Assembly (NCBI GenBank): GCA_964035545.1 | Contig: OZ037768.1 | Span: 16,537,875 to 16,601,874 of the forward strand | Direction: 5' to 3' | From: Bugula neritina | Taxonomy: Eukaryota > Animalia > Bryozoa | Length of the DNA stretch: 64,000 nucleotides | Translations under genes and position numbers: made by a program | Notes under the pieces: model-generated | Database searches by the model: none | What the model was told of the DNA's origin: nothing | The model's input: only the letters and a program-made list of their open reading frames with translations | In this document: piece after piece, positions 60,573 through 64,000 of the stretch | Position numbering within the stretch: position 1 is the first letter of the stretch | Layout: each line of letters begins with the position of its first letter

Positions 60573-62756
60573 TCAGTTGTGTTTCTTCATATGAATAGCA
60601 AGTTGCCCTTTCCTAGCAGCCTTGTAGTCACATAGTGTACAGTGAAATGGTTTCTCCCCAGTGTGTATTCTCATGTGTTGACTAAGATTACTTTTGTTTC
60701 CAGTTTTATATTCACATACACTGCACTCATGTGGTTTTTCACCAGTATGTGTTTTTATGTGTTTCACGAGAGAACCTTGCTGTGCTGTCTGGTAGTTACA
60801 TTGATCACATTGAAATGGTTCCTCCCCAGTATGTGTTCTCATGTGTGTTGTGAGATTACCTCTTTGAGTGAAAGTATGACCACACACTTTACAGACATAT
60901 GGCTTCTTGTCTCTGTGTGTTCTCATATGTTCGCTAAGACTACTTTTAAGCTCGGTTTTGTAATTACATTGAAGGCATTGAAAACATTTCTTTTTAATGT
61001 CCTGCAACTGTCTAGGTTTAGCAGGACTAACTGGTCGTGTAAATCCATATTCATATATTATGTTGTGTACAGGTTTCTCCTGGTTGCTGTTTTTATTTGC
61101 TAGACTCCCTAGATTTTCCTTCTGATTGAATAAATCTCCAAATATGCCACATGCGTGTAATAACATACTGGTAGTCAAATGAATATAATTATTGCTAGTG
61201 TGATGTTCTGATATTTCATTTAAATTGTACTCATCTACTCCTTCACTTAATAGATTCACCAGACTTTCAAAAGTGTTAGTTTCATTCCAATAAGTTTGGA
61301 TTCTAGCTGAAAAATACAAGCATAACAATATAAATAGCATTTACAACTTATCAATAAGTTTTTCAGTTTTCAATTTAACATATTTACTGTTGTCATGTAA
61401 GCTCATTCTTATTGTTCAAAGAGACTGCACATGTCTCTCATCCTGAGCCTTTCCACCTCACTTATATATGAGTGGAATGAAGGCGTCTGAAACCTGACAA
61501 AAGTCCCAATCAACGCAGTTGGACTTTCTAAAGTGGTATCCAGGGAATTCAACTAATTATCGTTACATGTGCTTTTGTCGTAGAGCTCATCATGTCACAC
61601 CTCTCATTCACACTTGCTGTACAGTTGCCAGTAGAAGCAAATATCACCCAATTTTACAAATTAATCTCTGAACTTTCTGTACGGTGTCTTGATACGTTAG
61701 GATCAAGCACTGTTTGGTTCAAAACTCAAATCCTATTGGACAGAAAAAACTTTTGCGTCAACTTTTGGATATAATTGTCCATTGCAGTGTCATAGATCAT
61801 ATCTAATAGCAGACTTTTAAACTTCAGCCTGGACACATTTAAATGGCTGATATTTTACGTTACGGCTTACGGTATAGTAAGTGTGGATGAGGGGCATATA
61901 TAATGCATAACTCTTACATCAGCATTTACAAGAGAGTAGGCAGGGATGATACAAGAATAAAAGTGTTGGATGCAAATGTACAATAAAAGATATTATATAA
62001 GAACTGTCCATGGCTAAGTGCACTTGAGTAAGCAGTAACTCAACACTGCAGCATGATACAGAGAGCCACAGGCCAAATCCACTAAACTATTATATGGAAA
62101 TAGATTTTATAAACCGTAATCCTTTACAAAATTGATTAAAACAGATATTGTGTAACTTATAAATTTTAATTTTCTGTGGCTTCACTAGAATCAAATTGAA
62201 ACATAAACAACTACACATATTTGTGTAGAATAGAGTATACTAATTTTCTTAACTAATATGCAACAAGTCATTGGAAACCAATATCTAATACCGTAAAGAT
62301 TTCTTTTGAAGCTCTCCAAGCTCTTTCCTGCAAATTTAATTATTGATAAAGCTATTATATAGTGCATTACCATTTCAAATAGATTCTCTGATTGTCATGC
62401 AACTTCAACTTAGTTGGTATTTAAATTGGGAAAGGAAAACATTAATGTTTTTACATCTATTATTTTCAAACACACTCGCCTGTTGAACTGACATCTACTG
62501 TAGTATGTATTCCTAAAACTTGGAAAGCCTCAGAGATAACTTCAGACAGAGGAACATCAGGTTCTTCTGGTATATAGTTGTCATATACTGTAGCTTCTGT
62601 GTTGATAGAGATTTGATTACCAGAATCAATTTTAGGAAATGAAATGACAGAGTTCACTGGTAGAATACTATGATTTTGGGTAAAGTCTTCAAGGGCAACA
62701 GGAGCTACCCTCTCAACATTATCCCATAAATGAGTGTCAGATACTGCAGCTGGCAT
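60573..62756 (-). CDS. C2H2 zinc-finger protein, 5 fingers (paralog 2); exons 62756-62480 and 61306-60573
   Basis: Five fingers with TGEKP-type linkers; phase-1 intron with GC donor (G|GCGAGT) and TTTTTCAG| acceptor; exon 1 about 72% identical in protein to paralog 1 (hand count); 3' UTR 60000-60570 homologous to 20110-20700. Confidence 0.85.
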
Positions 62757-62984
62757 ACTGAAAAAGTGTAGCAGTAGTATATATAAATGCTGATTGAACG
62801 ATGGTGATGAAATTAAACTTAAGTCAGAATTATTTTGATCTTAAACTTAATATAATGTTTTAGTTTGTTTTTATCAATACTTGCAAATTTATTGAAAAGA
62901 TACAATTTGTGATAGAGATCGCCAATATTAATACTTCAAAGTTCAAAACTCAAATATCACTTGAGTGCTTGATTAGTGTTATTT

Positions 62985-64000
62985 TTCTCAGCTGAAATGC
63001 ATAAAATACATTCACTTGAAAGACCACCAGATGATGGGCTTTATTATACCAAATAACTTGTATATAAAGAATGTCTGGTAAAACCAGCTAATCTTAGTTT
63101 TATACAACAGTAATCTTCATCATCTGAGACTTCTACAATGACTGACATAAAAGGAGATACAACTATATATATTTTTCAAAATCTAAAAATTCTATGTCTG
63201 ATACAAAAGGAAAGACTTGCATAGCTGTGCCCACAGATTCACAGTCACTGCTCACTTCAAGTTCTGTTCCTAACATCTCTGGATACCAAGTCCTCATGCG
63301 TCTTGGATATTTGTTCTGAGACTTCTTAATAAAACAACAAAACGCAAAATATAATCTTGAAGATAATCTGATGACACCCAGTTATAAATGGCACTTTGCT
63401 GGTATTATTTATGAGAGATAGATAACTGCATGAAAGGAAAATTAGAGTTGTTTAAAGAATTTACATTCTGATGCAAGTTTTTATATATACATTTCTCACA
63501 CTATAAAGTAGTAGTGTCTTTGTGGCATGTTTTAGTTTACGGAAGATAATTGCTATTATGTTATTATTATTAATCATATTCTCATTAATTATACTGCAAT
63601 CACTGAATATCCCGTATATGAAAGCCTGATAAGCCCAGCATAAGTACAGAAGTCAGAATTGGTCCAATCCCAACCTACAAAACATATTTTGTATCTTGTA
63701 GAAGTATAATTAGTTTTAGTGGAATAATTTCAATAGAGTAAATATGGAAGATATGCACTAACAGAATTGAATGCAATTTGATTCTTACCTACTCTACTGT
63801 TTCAGTTATAAGCACGTTAATCTTATGAAAAGATATCTGTGAAAATGTCTTTGATTTTAAACTGAGTTACATATGTTATAACTGCTAGAAATTGTACATT
63901 TCAAATATTTAATATCTATTTTCTTGCTAGCTTTGGTTAATTTGTTAAGAAATAGCATAAAATGATTTCGCCATTATCAAATATGAAGAAAATGACTCAA
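62985..64000 (-). repeat. low-copy repeat, copy D, upstream of ZF gene 2 (runs off the window)
   Basis: Reverse complement matches copies A-C (TTAACAAATTAACCAAAGCTAGCAA; GAAGTCTCAGATGATG). Confidence 0.8.

Noticed and set aside
61400-62110. Possible decayed LINE endonuclease fragment in the ZF paralog 2 intron
   Set aside because: Only a weak FPGYHF-like motif among many stops; cannot be supported by eye.

Overview
AT-rich eukaryotic (invertebrate metazoan-like) genomic DNA with spliced host genes and dense mobile DNA; no prokaryotic features, rRNA, tRNA or CRISPR array seen. Host genes, with splice structures reconstructed by hand: a PTB/PID-domain protein (-, 2 exons), a secreted 10-Cys Ly6/uPAR three-finger protein (+, 3 exons, GC-AG first intron), two inverted paralogous C2H2 zinc-finger genes with a shared N-terminal exon I cannot assign to a known domain (18.6-20.1 kb + and 60.6-62.8 kb -), and a 7-exon TRIM gene (RING, two B-boxes, coiled coil, beta-propeller; -, 619 aa). 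Between the zinc-finger paralogs lie: a decayed endogenous Polinton/Maverick (adintovirus-type) block (small basic protein, conserved hypothetical, chromodomain integrase, penton, core protein, major capsid, adenain protease; no pPolB or ATPase seen); two microsatellite-embedded Penelope-like fragments that each carry a hammerhead ribozyme; Gypsy and BEL/Pao remnants; a solo LTR; several MITEs with TIRs and TSDs; and a 30-bp minisatellite. A four-copy low-copy repeat is linked to the zinc-finger genes, with one copy upstream of each. All calls come from manual motif reading; no searches were run.
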